DNA of 64,000 bases from Glaucostegus cemiculus (taxonomy: Eukaryota). This document shows, in pieces, positions 51,496-64,000 of the stretch. Position 1 is the stretch's first letter; the number at the start of each line of letters is the position of its first letter. The notes below the pieces were generated by a model. It was not told the origin of the DNA and did no database searches. It saw nothing but the letters and a program-made list of their open reading frames with translations. A program made the position numbers and the translations under genes. Location: positions 7,192,001 to 7,256,000 of the forward strand of contig CDPCPM010000063.1 of the NCBI GenBank assembly GCA_976551045.1. The letters are read 5' to 3'.

Positions 51496-53377
51496 ACTGA
51501 ACATGTCTACTCTATACCCCAACATCTCCTCTTTGGAAGACTCCCAATTAAACCATGAAGGACAAAACTATTCGTCTTCAAAACTAATATGTTATAATTT
51601 TATAATGCAATCTGATCCATAACTCATGGCATCTCGGGGAGTCATATTGCATGGAAACAGGCCCTTCGGCCCATCTGGTCCATGCCAACCAAGATTCCCG
51701 TCTAAGTTAGTCCCATTTGCCCACGTTGCTTGGGAGGTGGAAAGAATGTCAGGACTTTCAAGAGGTAATTGGTAAGTTGATTGAAAGGAAATCATTTTTT
51801 TTTAGGAGTATGGGGAAAGAGGAGGGAAGCAAAACTGATGGGATTGCTTAATGAACAACTGGAACAGAATAGATGGGAAGAACAGCCTCCTTCTGTGCCA
51901 TAATAATGCTATGGACAGTAAGAAGCTACAGAAACAGCAAAGAGGAGGGATTTCCAAGCAATCAATAGATGGCTCCAAGGCAGATCAGACTGCTCCTTCT
52001 AAACAGCCTGTGATCAGAGGTCAAATTGTGCCATCCCCAAATGCCAAGGTTCAGCTCTTTTGCCATGATGATCGAGGCAAAATTAGTCCAGAGATTAAGT
52101 AGTCTCTTTGACATTCAAAAACTCCAAATCATAGCAGAAATGCTTCCTCATTAATCGCAGGGGAGAAGTTGGTGGGAAACTTAAGGATTATGCTTCTGTA
52201 ACTAGGAAGGGGTTCATTCCCTGAAGGGCCTCTCACAGTCAGACAGAAACAGCTTAAAATATTGTTCCCCACAAAGAATTCTAGGCATTGCCCTCAAGTC
52301 CTGGAAGAAATCTCAAAAAGTTGCCAGAGTTTCTCCAGGCAATGCTTAAACGTGACAAATGCTTGCTAGGGAATGTCGCCTGAATGCTGTAATTCTACAA
52401 TTTTCTGCATGTAGTTCTGTTCAAAGCCTTTTAGGTGGAGTAATCCTTCAATGTGAAATACTAAGATAGAGTCTGGTTGAGGTCCAGAAAGAGAGGTGTG
52501 TGAACAACAGTCTCCCAGTTTTTCATAAAATGAACATGATCCAGTCAAAGATTTTAGACTGCAGAATTGTCCAGAGAAAAGCACCCCGTTCCATGAAGGA
52601 GACACCTACCTTGACATAGGAGTTGTGTACAATGCTACTGCTCGAGTACATCAAGGACATTCAATGGGGAAAGCAAAGAAGTCAATCATTAAGATGTTAC
52701 CGTTAAGAAAAATACAGAATTCACTTGAGAAAAACTTTGCGGATTCACCAGAATCCAAAATGACTAGCCAGGGATTAAAGCGACTCCAGTATTCAAGTTT
52801 TATCAGCCCCAGAGCTCCTTGCCATCATCCACCTGTGAACCACTGCCCGGTTCCAGTTTGGACTGTTGACCAGCTTATTCGCACCTTGAATACTCTCGAG
52901 GTCTGATCATCGCAATGTTCTCCTGAATGTCCTCCAACACAATCTCTCCTTATACCGAGCTAGGGCAATCTATGTGAAAATTACTCCACGCTTGCTGACC
53001 TGCACTGGTTCCCAGCCTTACCACACTTCAAATTTGACATGCTTGTTGTTGTCTTTAAAACCTTTCATTGCTCTATCATCAGCGACTCTGCCTTCAGCTG
53101 ACAATACCCTAAGCCTAGAAATTCTCTCCTTAAACCACTCTGCCTTCTTTTCCTCTTTTACAATGCTTCATTATTTCATCAAGCTTGAGTCCCTAAAGCT
53201 TAATGTCAAATTTTATGAGAACACTCCTGGGACTAAACAAATGCAAGATGTTTCTCTTATCATCATGGAGACAACTAGGAATAAGGTCATGTGTCAAAGC
53301 CACACTACACATTTCAAGAAAATCTCATTAAATATGACATTCTTGCTCATTGCATTAAAGTTGAGCATGGAAATCAA

Positions 53378-53555
53378 ACACCGCAGATACTGGAAATCTG
53401 AAATAAAAACAGAAAGTGCTGGAAACACTCAGGTAGCATCTGTGGAAAGAGAAAAAAAAGAGTTAAAGTTTCATGTCAAAGGGCCTTTGATCTGAAATGT
53501 TAACTTCATTTCTCCCTCCACAGATGCTGCCTGTGTTTCCTATATTTTCATTTTG
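53378..53555. mobile_element. Palindromic Penelope-derived mini-element
   Basis: gcatctgtgga / tccacagatgc arms; centre tcaaagggcctttga followed by tctgaaatgttaac. Confidence 0.65.
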
Positions 53556-54419
53556 ATACCAAAGCGTAGACAGAATTTTAATACAGCCAAATCTCTACTG
53601 CTATAAGATACCTCATATTAGATTCATAGAGCAATGCAGCATAGAAACAGGCCCTGTAGCCCATAGGTGTATGGTACCCATTGGGTTGAAGGGCCTGTTT
53701 CCATGGTGTATGGATCTATGGTACACAACTCACCCCAGTTCTGGGCGTACCCAGTCCGCTGTCAAATTGAAGGAGTGAGTTTATAGAATCTATATCTCGA
53801 TAAGTGCCCTAAATGTTGTGTAGAAACAGGTACTATGTCAGCAGTGTGTTTTCTCTGTTTTTATAGTTATTGTTTAAATGAACAATGGCACCAAAGCATA
53901 AATCTCTCATCTCCACAGTCCCTCCACTGGTGAGGACAGATATATGAAAAGAACAAATGTTTAACATTCCTTGCTTAAAAAAAGCTAAGAAAAGCATTGT
54001 TTTACCACTTGAGTGCTGTGAAACATAAACTTAGAATGACTTGGCTGGTGTTGGGTGGAGATGGGAAACGTGCCCTTTCCCACATCTAACTGGTACAATA
54101 GATAGATTTAAGATATCTTTATTAGTCACACAAACATCAAAACACACAGTGAAACACAACTTTTGTGTAGAGTGTTCTGGGGGCAGCCCGCAAGTGTCGC
54201 CATGCTTCTGGCACCAACATAGCATGCCCACAACTTTATAAGTAAAGGCAATGAGAACTACCAAAGTGAAGTTGTTAATTTAGAAGTCTGACAGAAGGTC
54301 CAACTACAGTTCATTTGGACACTGTGACCCTGTGTCCTTGGGAGGAAATGGATAATTGAAAAGAGCCAGGAATGGCTTCTGCTCTCTTACCAATGTTTAC
54401 AGATGCATCACAGATTAGT

Positions 54420-54900
54420 TTGGCAATTGTTCTGCCCAACACCACAAGGAATTACAGAAGGTTGTGAGCACAGCCCAGCCCTTCACGTAAAGCAGCTTCC
54501 TCTCTATTGACTCCATCTATACTTCTCACTGCCCTGGGAAAGCCACCAACATAATCAAAGACCCCACTCAGCCCAGTCATTCTCTCTTCTCCCATCGGGA
54601 GAGATACAAAAGCTTGAAAGCACATATCACTAGACTCGAGGACAGCTTCTTTCCCGCTGTTATGAGACTCTTGAACAGACCTTGCATATTCAGAGCCAAG
54701 ATGTTCTCTTGATCTCCCAATCTAGCTCATTATGGTCCTTGAACTTTGTTTACTGTACTGCACTTTCTCTGTAACTGCAACATTATATTCTTCATTCTGT
54801 TTTTCTTCTTACTACCTCAATGTGCTTATCTGTCTGGATGGAATGCAAACAAAAGCTTTTCACTATATCTCAGTACACACAACAATAATAAACAATAACA
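54420..54900 (+). mobile_element. Rex1/Babar LINE 3' fragment
   Basis: KELQKVVSTAQ, NIIKDPTQPSH, TRLEDSFFPAVMRLLN. Confidence 0.75.
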
Positions 54901-55163
54901 TCCAATTTTCTCTTGAAGGCCACAGTGCACCCACCACAACTGCAAACAGTGCATTCCAGATTCCGACCACACCCTGTGTTAAAAAGCTTTTCCTCATGGC
55001 AACCTTAATTCTTTCCCTTCTACTTTATACCTGTGACCTCAGGTCCTCAACCCCTCCATTAAAGGGAACACCCTTCCACTATCCTCTGTCCAGATCACTC
55101 TTCATTTTAAATACCTCCATCAATATCCCCTTTTCCTTCTCTCCTCAACAGCAAATAGTCCTA

Positions 55164-55460
55164 GCAGGCACAGTAGTGTGGTGGTTAGTGTAACGCTATT
55201 ACAGCACCAGCGACCCGGGTTCAATTCTGACCACTGCCTGCAAGAAGTTTGTACGTTTTCTCCGTGTCTGCTTAGGTTTCCTCTGGGTGCTCTGGTTTCC
55301 TCCCACATTCCAAAAGACGTACGGGTTAAGAAGTCGTGGACATGCTATGTTGGCACTGGAAGCGTGGTGACACTTGCAGGCTGCTCCCAGAAACTCTACG
55401 CAAAAGATGCATTTCACTGTGTTTTGATATACATGTGACTAGTAAAGATATCCTATCCTA
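55164..55460 (+). mobile_element. V-SINE variant with Rex-like tail, nested in an older CR1 (-)
   Basis: Head gcaggcacagtagtgtggtggttag..gggttcaattc; tail gcatttcactgtgttttgatatacatgtgactagtaaagatatc. Confidence 0.75.
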
Positions 55461-56096
55461 ACCTATCTTATAACTGCGGTCTCACAGCCTAGAAACCATT
55501 CTAGTAATTCTTTTCTGGGACCTCACTAATGCCTTCACAACCTTCCCATGATGTGGCGACCAGAATTGAGCACAATATCCCAGTTGAGGCTGGACCAGTG
55601 TTTTATAAAGGTTCAGCAGCACTTCCCTGTTCTTATAGTCTATTGATAATTGTGAACAGCCAAACCCCCTGCGTTACACCCATGCAGGTCATGGAACTTC
55701 CTCCTTACAGAATTCATCCCAAAATTTGAGACACAAAAAAAATTGTTCTCATGGAACTTTTGTGGGGAAAGAAGAGTAAATAAATCAATACATAGTTATT
55801 TTTTTCAACTCACATTTTTTGACATATGTGCAGACAACACAGCTTCGTGTTACAGAAAATCCAATATGTCCTGTTTTCTAGGAATGCAACTTTGACTTTT
55901 AAACTTCATCTGCTAATGCATCTGCCCATTCTACCAGCCCTTTTGTATCTTGCTGCAATCTGTCACTATCCTCTTCACTGTACATCCTTTTGCTGATATA
56001 ACAGCATTTCAATTGAACCAATCAAATCAAACCTTCCACCCCAAATGACTGGAAGACCAAACACCGAAACCTTATTCCCGAGTTGCTCCCACTTAC

Positions 56097-56294
56097 CAGT
56101 TAAACTTGTTGCCCTGGGCGACTCCTGAGCAGATGTAGGTTTGCCACGGCCTTGGTTCCTGCGCTTGCTTGCAGCTGAACGAGTTGTTCGAATGTGCACC
56201 TTGCTGACTTTGAAGAAGGCCACTAAGAAGGGCTGCTTCTCCTGGGGTCCGTGGAGTCCCGTCAAGCCGGAAAGTTTGGGGCTGACACCTTGCC
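56097..56294 (-). CDS. BMP6: BMP6 exon 4 (198 nt): end of prodomain, furin site, start of mature peptide
   Basis: Acceptor tcatag|GG; reads QGVSPKLSGLTGLHGPQEKQPFLVAFFKVSKVHIRTTR|SAASKRRNQGRGKPTSAQESPRATSLT; donor G|gtaagt. KQPFxVAFFK and RTTR-SA are BMP6-type. Confidence 0.94.
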
Positions 56295-56509
56295 CTATGA
56301 GAACACAGGAGCCACAGGTGAGATAAAATGAGGCTTCATGCATTAGTTGCAAACCTGCACAAGCATTTAAGCACAAGCCCTGGTTCCTGGCTCACATAAA
56401 TTCATCAGCAAATTCTGAAGAGAAAATGGAAACATTTTTTTTTCACCTGAGAGGCATGTCACTACAGCTGGGGTCTGGATCAGTATTTATTATTTATCTG
56501 TGAAATTGA

Positions 56510-56830
56510 TGTCACGGGCAAGTTTGGCATTTGTTATTCATCCCTAATTGCTACTTGACAGTTCAGAGTCAATCATATTGGTGAATTTGAAACCACATTT
56601 AGGCTACACTGGGTAAGGATGGCAAATTTCCTTCCCTGAAGCAAATCGGATGGGATTTTACACAAACCAGTGGTTTACCATTACTGACACCAGTGGTTCT
56701 TGGAAATTCTAGACTTATTTAATACTTGAGTTTAAATTCCCCAGCTGCCACGGTGGGATTCCAACTAAACCAGGGATCAATGCTCCTGACCTCTTACTGC
56801 TGGTACTGTAACATGACCACTTCTCTATCA
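56510..56830 (-). mobile_element. Non-V tRNA-headed SINE, same family as 26610-27135
   Basis: Shared blocks catccctaattgc, ttccttccctgaa, tttaaattccccagctgccacggtgggatt. Confidence 0.55.
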
Positions 56831-56880
56831 GATGGAAAGATATAAAGCAGTGTGCATTGCAGAATAAGTTAGTTATCACC

Positions 56881-57770
56881 TTTTTTTTATTAACAAAATA
56901 AACTTTATTCATAATAAAAACTATATACAATAATAAAACAGTTCAAACCTTTACATTCAATTACAGTTCCATTCTTAGTGTTACCTTTTTATATATACAA
57001 AACACAGCACCGATGCCACTCGTGTGGCTCCCTGGGGTGATACCCCCATCCCATATTTACAACATTTGAGGGGCTTCCTCGCCTAACCCCACCCCTCCCC
57101 TTTCTGTGGCAGCAGAACCCTAAACTGTGGCCCTTCCCCACCGCACCTTTGCATTAGCTGTACCTATCTTCAGTGCATCTCTCAGCACGTTCTCCTGCAA
57201 CTTGGAATGTGCCAGTCGGCAGCATTCTCCCACGGACATCTTACAGTGCTGTAAGATCAACAAGTTCCGGGCAGCCCAAAGGGCATCCTTCACGGAGTTG
57301 ATGACCTTCCAGCAGCAGTTGATGTCCGTCTGTGTGTCTCTCCCCGGGAACAGCCCATAGATCAGAGAATCCTCTGTTACGCAGCTTCTGGGGATGAACC
57401 GCGACAAGGACCTTTGCATCTTTTGCCACACCCTCCTCGCAAACCTACAGTCTACAAAGAGGTGGGTTACTGTCTCGTCCCCAGTATTGTCTTCCCAGGG
57501 GCAGTGCGCACTGAGACTGAGGTTCCACCTGTGCAGGAGGGATCTGACTGGGAAGGCCCCTCTCACCGCCAGCCAAGCGAAGTCTTGGTGCTTGTTGGCG
57601 AGTTCTGCTGATGAGGCATTCTGCCAGATGGTCTGGACAGTCTGCTCAAGAGAACCACCCCACCACGTCCACCGAGTCCTTCTCCCGCAGTGCCTGCAGG
57701 ATGTTCCATGCTGACCACTGCCTGATGGACTTGTGGTCAAAGGTGTTGGTCTGGAAGAACTTTTCCACCG
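56881..57770 (-). mobile_element. Tx1/L1-clade non-LTR retrotransposon, 5'-truncated, with zinc-knuckle region, 3' UTR, AATAAA and poly(A)
   Basis: WQNASSAELANKHQDFAWLAVRGAFPVRS..CPWEDNTGDETVTHLFVDC..WKVINSVKDALWAARN; stop at 57120; aataaa and A-tail at 56881-56910; one frameshift near 57650. Confidence 0.85.
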
Positions 57771-58859
57771 AGCTTCCAGATTCTTACTGAGTAAAAACTA
57801 GGGTTCGAGTCTGAGCAGTTTGGCTCAGTATCACTCCTGGAGGTACACTACTCACTAAGGGAGATCAAACGTCCTTTTTATAAGATTTAGCGAATGCCTT
57901 TGAAATAGGTCTTTTTGGAGGCTTTCCGTGAAACTCTTGTTGTAGCCACTAAACATTCAATGCAAGAACAGACAGGCATTCAACTTGGTTTCTGAAATTC
58001 TGAACTGACTTTCAATAGTACTGAATTTCAGAGTCGAGTTCAAAGCAAATTCACTGGCACATTGAGTTTAATGCGGAGGGTGAACCGAGATTTCTTAAGA
58101 CCAGCAGAATTAAGCCATTCGACCCATCGAGTCTGCTCCGCCTTTGATCATGGCTGATTTTTTTTTCCCCCCAACCCCATTCTTCTGCCTTCTCCCAGTA
58201 ATCCTTAACCCCCTTGACCAATCAAACCTCTTCCTGCTGTACTGCCCTTGACTGGATGCTCACTTGTACAGTGTTGTCTTGGTGAGATGGTGACCGATTC
58301 CAAGGCTAATCGCTGTTTTGCAATTACTTTCTTCAATGATCATGACCATGTTTCAATCAAAGCATGACAGCCTTTCAGTGATAGTATATGCATGTTACAG
58401 GTATCCATTACCAATTGCGAGTGGCAGCCAACATGTTGGCTTCACAAGATCAGGATTAGAATGTTCGCATTTACCAGGATTCTGATGCAAATCAAACCAT
58501 GTTCCATTAGTGTCAATCAAACATCATTGACCTAGGACATCAACTCTCCTGTCTCCACAGATGCATCCGGATGTGACAAATAATTCTGGAATGTTCCATT
58601 TTTATATTTGCTTTCCAACGTCCCTTGTAAACAAACATTCTTGGTTCCATATGGTACATAAATCCATGAATAACCTGGTGTGCAAACAAATACACAGCAG
58701 CTTCAACAAGGCCATCAGCATATCATTATGAGTCAGTTTTCTAGGTATTTTCTGAAGAGGCTAAAAATGGGGGCAGGGTATGAGGTATACTCTGGTGAGT
58801 AAAGCTGTAAGGCTTCCCAAACCATTGGACAGGAGCCACATTTGGTTTACCACTTTGTT

Positions 58860-59170
58860 TAAGAAGTCAAGGGGAGACCTGATAGAAGTTTATAAGATTA
58901 TGAGAGGCATAGATAGGGTAGACAGACAGAATCTTTTTCCCAGGGTTGGATTGTCAAGTACTAGAGGACACGCATTTAAGATGAGAGAGGGGCAAGTTTA
59001 AAAGAGATCTGCGGAGCAAACTTTTTTCTTTTACACACAGAGTGGTGGGTGCCTGGAATGGGATGCCAGGGGTAATGGTGGAAGCAGGTGTGATAGTGGC
59101 GTTTAAGAGGCTGTTAGACACATGAACATGCAGGATATGGAGAAATATGGATCATGTACAGGCAGAAGAG
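58860..59170 (+). mobile_element. CR1 LINE 3' end
   Basis: RGDLIEVYKIMRGIDRVDRQNLFPRV. Confidence 0.8.
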
Positions 59171-59399
59171 AATTTTCCGTGATGTGAAACTGCTTCATCT
59201 GTGCATGTATCAAGAAATGAGAGTTGAAAAATAAAATTGTGTTCATTTATTTTCCCTCCCCCCCCCCCCCCACTTACAAATTCTGAGGGAGCGAATCTTA
59301 TTCCATATCTCAGATTTTTGGGTAGTGATTTGTGAATTCTGTAAGGGTAAATTTCCCTAACCTGAATAACCGTATCACGGGCATTGTCTGTATGGAGAC

Positions 59400-60385
59400 T
59401 AAACCTGTACACAATACTCCAAGGTGTGGGCTCACACTCTTCTACTTTTATACTCCATACCCCTTGCGATAAAGGGCAACGTTCCATTAGCCTTTCTATT
59501 TACTGGCTGTACCTGCACTCTGAATGTTTGTGTTTCATGTGTTAGGTCCTTCAGATCCTGTGATCCAACATTTTGCCATCTCACTCCTTTTAAACAATAA
59601 TTTAGATTTTCTTATTCTTCTTTCCAAAGTGGATGAGCTCATAATTTCCCACATTATATTTCATCTGCCAAATTCTTGACCACTTACTTAATATGCATAC
59701 ATTCCTTTATGTCCTCCCCACAACTTGCTAATTCAACTGTCTTTGCATCACAAGTACATTTGACTACCGTATATATGGCCCCTTCACCCAAGTCATCTAC
59801 ACAGGAGTTTAGCTCCTGCACTGATCCCTGTGACACCACATTGGGTATTGATTGCCACTCAGAAAATGAACCATTTACCCCAACTCTCCTTTTACTGTTA
59901 GTTGGCCATCCCCTTTAAATGCCAATGTATTACCCCAAGCCCCGTGCTCTCTTGTGTAGTAACTTCTCAACAGCACCTTATCAAATACCTTTGGAAGTGC
60001 AAATATATAACATCTACTGGCTCTCCTTTATCCGCCACATTTGTTATATACTCCAAGAGTCCTAGCAAATTTGTCAAACATGATTTCCCTTATATAAAAA
60101 ATGCTGACTTTGCTGGATTGTCTTATAATTTTATAAATGCCTTGCTCTAACTGCTCAACAGCAGATTCCAGCTTTTTCTCATTGTGCTTTGTCTCCCTTC
60201 TTTCTTGAATGATGGTGTCACATTTGTGGTTCTCCAGTTCTCTAGGACCTCTCCAGAATCCAGGGGATTTTGGTAAATTACAACCAATGCATCCACTATC
60301 ACTGCAGCTCCATTTTTAAAATTTCTACAACACAGGCCATCAGGCCCAGGAGACCTGTCAGCCTCTACGCCCATTAGTTTGCCTT
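59400..60385 (-). mobile_element. Old CR1 LINE ORF2 fragment
   Basis: EADRSPGPDGL, WRTTNVTPSFKK and YLHFQ(K/R)xFDK remnants. Confidence 0.7.
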
Positions 60386-61295
60386 ATACTATTTCTCCAG
60401 CAATAGAGTGGTAAAGTAATTCAAACCTCCTATCGATTACAAACAAAGGTTAAGAAAGGTTTCATATTTTTGAGTTCTGCAGACTAACATGAGTTCGGGC
60501 ATCAGATTACAGTTGATTTTTTTTTAATAATAAAAACAAAAAGCTACATCAGGAAACAAATTATGGGGCAGGGTAGGTTTAAAGATTAAAGGAGATTTCC
60601 TCACTACATGGGTGTTCAACTTTTTCCAACCTTCTTTGAACTGGAATAAGTACATAGAATAAACGGGTCATACTTGTTTTCCACAGCGGGTGAAGGGACA
60701 GAACCCACAGTTAGTCACTGACACGACAGTCTGGTGGAATAACAATTTGTGGAAAATTATCTTTTCCCAGGACCTCGGCCTACACAGATTTTCCGAGCAG
60801 AGTTCATTTTACATCTAGCCCAAAAAAATAAAATTAGACATTAAATCCAAAGGCTTAATTATTATATTTCTGGCATGCTGGAGTTCCACAAGATAGTAAC
60901 AGGTTAAGTTCAAAAAGGTTTCCTTTCAATATTGGACTGTCTAGACATGGGTGACGTGGCAGAAAATAAGGAAAATATTTAACTTCAGTCAAACAGATCT
61001 GACTAACTCGTTACACATTGAACCAAAGACTAATCTTTGCTTGTATTCCAATATGTGACCTCAGTGAAGTGAGCAATCAGCTTCTGCAGAGGTAACTATT
61101 TCCACTGAGTGCTGCGGCCCCTGTGAGTGTGGGGCTGGTGAGTCCTTTACATCAATCAGATTGCAGAATTAGGATTTGGTACCCTTTGAGCCAATCAAGT
61201 CTCAGGAATAACAACTCATCAAGTCCAAGGCTATAGTTTTAAAATAAATACCCAAAGAACATGGCAGGTCATCTAATGGCCAATCATGTTCTTCT

Positions 61296-61425
61296 GGGGA
61301 GGAGAAAGGGGTTCCCAAGAGAGAAGGTTGGAGAAGAGGGGTCCCCAGAGAGAGGAGGATGGAGGAGGAGGCTCCAGAGAGAAGAGGAGGAAGAGGGGGG
61401 CCCCAAGAGAGCAGAGGAGGAAAAG
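61296..61425. repeat. Purine-rich minisatellite (about 25-30-bp unit, about 4 copies)
   Basis: Recurring gagggg..ccc(a)agagag(a)gaggagg. Confidence 0.6.
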
Positions 61426-61654
61426 ATGCACATTTATATGGCACCTTTTGAAAACTTTGGAATGTCCCATTGTGTTTTATAGCCAATTATATTTTTTTTA
61501 TGTGCTGTATCAATGGAAATGTTACGTACAGCAAGTTCCACAAACTGCAGTGGGCACGTTTTAATGATGTATGCTTATTTTACAGGTGACAAGAATCAAA
61601 AGATTTGTAATTTAATACATTAGATAAGTAATTAGCTTCCCAAGGTAAGATATT

Positions 61655-62300
61655 AGAGACACAAAAGACTGCAGATGCTGAAATCTGGAGCAGCAAATGA
61701 TCTGCTGGAGGAACTCAGCGGGTCAGGCAACATCTGTGGGAATTGTCAATGTTTTGGGTTGAAACCCTGCATCAGGACTGGGTGTGGAGAGGTGAGATGG
61801 CCAGTATAAAGAGGAGAGAGGGAGGGGTGAGATAGGTACTGCAAGGTGATTGGTGAACCAGGAAAGGGTAAAAGATGACAGGCAGATGGAGCTAGATAGG
61901 GGAGGGGGAAGAGGTGTAGTTGGGAGACTGAATGACAGGTGAAGGCAAACAAAACAAAAGGCAAGGAGCCAGGTGGAGGGAGGGGTGGGTGAAGGCAGAG
62001 ACAGCTGGTGGAGGATGGTAAGCGGGAACACAAAGGCTACCAGTGCTGGACAAGTGAGAAAGGTGATCATGGGAACCATTAGGGGAAAGGTGGAGGGCAG
62101 ATGGAACCGGACTGGGGAGTGAGAGGGATCCAGTGGATAAAATGTGTGAGTAGTAGGTGGGTAGAACCAGGAGGGGGATATGAGAAAGGGCACAGAAATG
62201 GGAGGATCGGAGGTGGGTTGGAAGGAGGGGGATGGGAGAAAACACAGGAGGGACGAGTTAGCTGAAATTAGAAAATTCAATGTTCAATACTAGGTTAGAT
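61655..62300 (-). mobile_element. Penelope 3' end (ORF end LNIEFSNFS*, UTR, pLTR with hammerhead motif at 61743-61780)
   Basis: Same ORF terminus as at 13335; minus-strand cagtc-ctgatgc-a-gggtt-tc-aaccc-aaaacatt-gacaa. Confidence 0.72.
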
Positions 62301-63109
62301 ATTACTGAGTACAGATCAAAGTTAACCTGACCTGAAGAACTAACATTTTTATAAATGGTTTGGCTTTTTAATGCTTTAAAATGTCCAATAAATAATCTTC
62401 CTTGTGTAATAACTTCACCATTATAGGTTACATCACTGATGACTGTATGTTCTCCCACTCAGCCTGATATGCTTTGATGCAAAAATGAATGGCTTTTATG
62501 CCATAAAATGTTAGCTCAAAACTTCTCTAAACTTATCACCCACTTTGCATTCCTGTCAAGCTGAGAAATAAATTGGCACCAGTGGAAACTGGGTGATAAA
62601 TCTGTAAACATAGCTGCTCACAATTTGACCTCTTCAAGGAGAAAATTGGACAACTTCGTTGTGAACAAACTGCCACAGGTTTTTGATGGTGCGGAAGGTG
62701 ACCGAAGATGTTTACATGCATCATGAGATAAACAGTTTGCAATTCGCCCACAGGGAAACTGTGTCTTTGCCTCTCAGAAGAGAGGTTTGTGGTAATGAAA
62801 GACGGCTTCAGACCTACTGGTGAATCAGGGAGTTTGCACAGGTTCTGTGTTGTGAGGACAATGTTCAGACAAGGAATCCAGACACCATCATATTTGGATA
62901 CAGCTGAGCACATACTCTTCTGGTTTTACAACAGATTCAGAGTTGTTCACTGATTTACACATAGCCTGTTTAAATGATCTTGCTGTAAATACCAGTCCCC
63001 TGCATTTCCCATTTCCACCTACCCAAGAGGCTCAAATGCATTAACTAGACAAATGTTCCAGTAATCAGGAAGTGAGGCTCTAGCAGAGTCCATTGCACAT
63101 GAGAAAAAA

Positions 63110-63298
63110 AAAGATGCAGATGCTGGAAATCTGAAGTAAAAACAGAAAATGCTGGAAACATCAGCAGGTCAGACAGCATCTATCCAAAGAGGTTTAACAT
63201 TTCTGGTCAAAAACACTTCTGTTGAAGCATTAGCTCAGTTTCTCTTTCCACTGCAGGTGCCTGGCCTGCTGAGTGTTTCCAGCATTTTCTGTTTTTAA
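63110..63298. mobile_element. Palindromic Penelope-derived mini-element with collapsed centre
   Basis: aaaaacagaaaatgctggaaaca / tgtttccagcattttctgttttt arms. Confidence 0.7.
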
Positions 63299-64000
63299 GA
63301 CAATTGCACATTTGTGCAATAAAACAAGTAACAATGTGCATTTAAATAGTGCCTTTAATGTAAAATGAACCCCCTCTCCCCCAGCAGTTCAGGGACATTA
63401 GAGCTAAAGGAAATATCAAAGGGACAAGAGGCAGGTTTTAGAGAGGACCTTAAGACAGGTGGAGATCGAGATGCCTGGAGAACTTCACAGTGGGCAATCG
63501 AGTCTGGAGCTGAATGACAGAAGAGGGAAAAAAGGAAAGAGGAATAGGGAATAAAAATTCAGTACGTAGGGAAGGGCCAAGGGGCAAGAGAGGGTGAAAC
63601 TGGTTGTGGGATTGGAAGTACAGGAACAGGAAGGGTACAGGCCACCAAAGGATGCAACACCGAGGATGAGTATTTTACATAGAAACAGGGGCAAGGGAGA
63701 CTATGAATGGGACCTTGGTCTCCCGTCAATTCGGCCTAAGCTGACGGAAGGTTTGATGGAGGTGGAATCAGTGTTGGGGTCCAAGGAGAAGTGCAAATCT
63801 GTTCCCCCATCTGGTATTGCTGATATTTATCCTTCCAACAACAATTGCTGTAACCTAGTCAGAATCTCTGATGCAGGAGCATGCTCTGTACAATTCTCCT
63901 CATGAATAAGATCAGGAGGGGCATAATCAGAGTAGACAGCCAGTATCTTTTTCCCCAGGGTTGAAATGTCTAATACTAGAAGGCTGCATTAAAGGTGAGA

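Noticed and set aside
52974-53495. 173-aa ORF, and similarly 41053-41556, 14658-15119 and 61723-62280
   Set aside because: They run across unrelated repeat fragments or low-complexity purine/pyrimidine tracts, with no domain motif or splice support.
56295-64000. BMP6 exon 3 (GWLxFDIT motif)
   Set aside because: Not found by eye on the minus strand; it probably lies beyond the window end.

Overview
Vertebrate genomic DNA, most likely from a cartilaginous fish (inferred from the repeat complement: HE1-like V-SINEs, HER1-like CR1 LINEs, DeuSINEs, Rex1/Babar LINEs and Penelope-derived repeats). Two spliced protein-coding genes face each other tail to tail. On + are the last three coding exons of TXNDC5/ERp46 (148-230, 3995-4124, 7116-7238; WCGHC thioredoxin site, C-terminal KDEL). 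On - are exons 4-7 of BMP6 (56294-56097, 34466-34390, 12409-12299, 8889-8740; RTTR|SA furin site, 139-aa seven-cysteine mature domain). The 5' parts of both genes lie outside the window. The stop codons are 1.5 kb apart and the poly(A) signals cross, so the 3' UTRs probably overlap. The rest is intron packed with decayed, often nested retroelements, plus one 129-N gap. The most interesting signals are: (i) about 10 degenerate, covarying minimal hammerhead-ribozyme motifs in Penelope-derived repeats, several forming palindromes that fold back at the ribozyme; (ii) a BMP6 with Glu rather than the noggin-resistance Lys at mature position 60; (iii) several apparent template-switch or templated-insertion events; (iv) repeat-free, motif-rich intronic blocks that may be enhancers. 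I see no evidence of a wholly new gene system. Exon coordinates are exact; repeat boundaries and family names are approximate and were assigned by eye.
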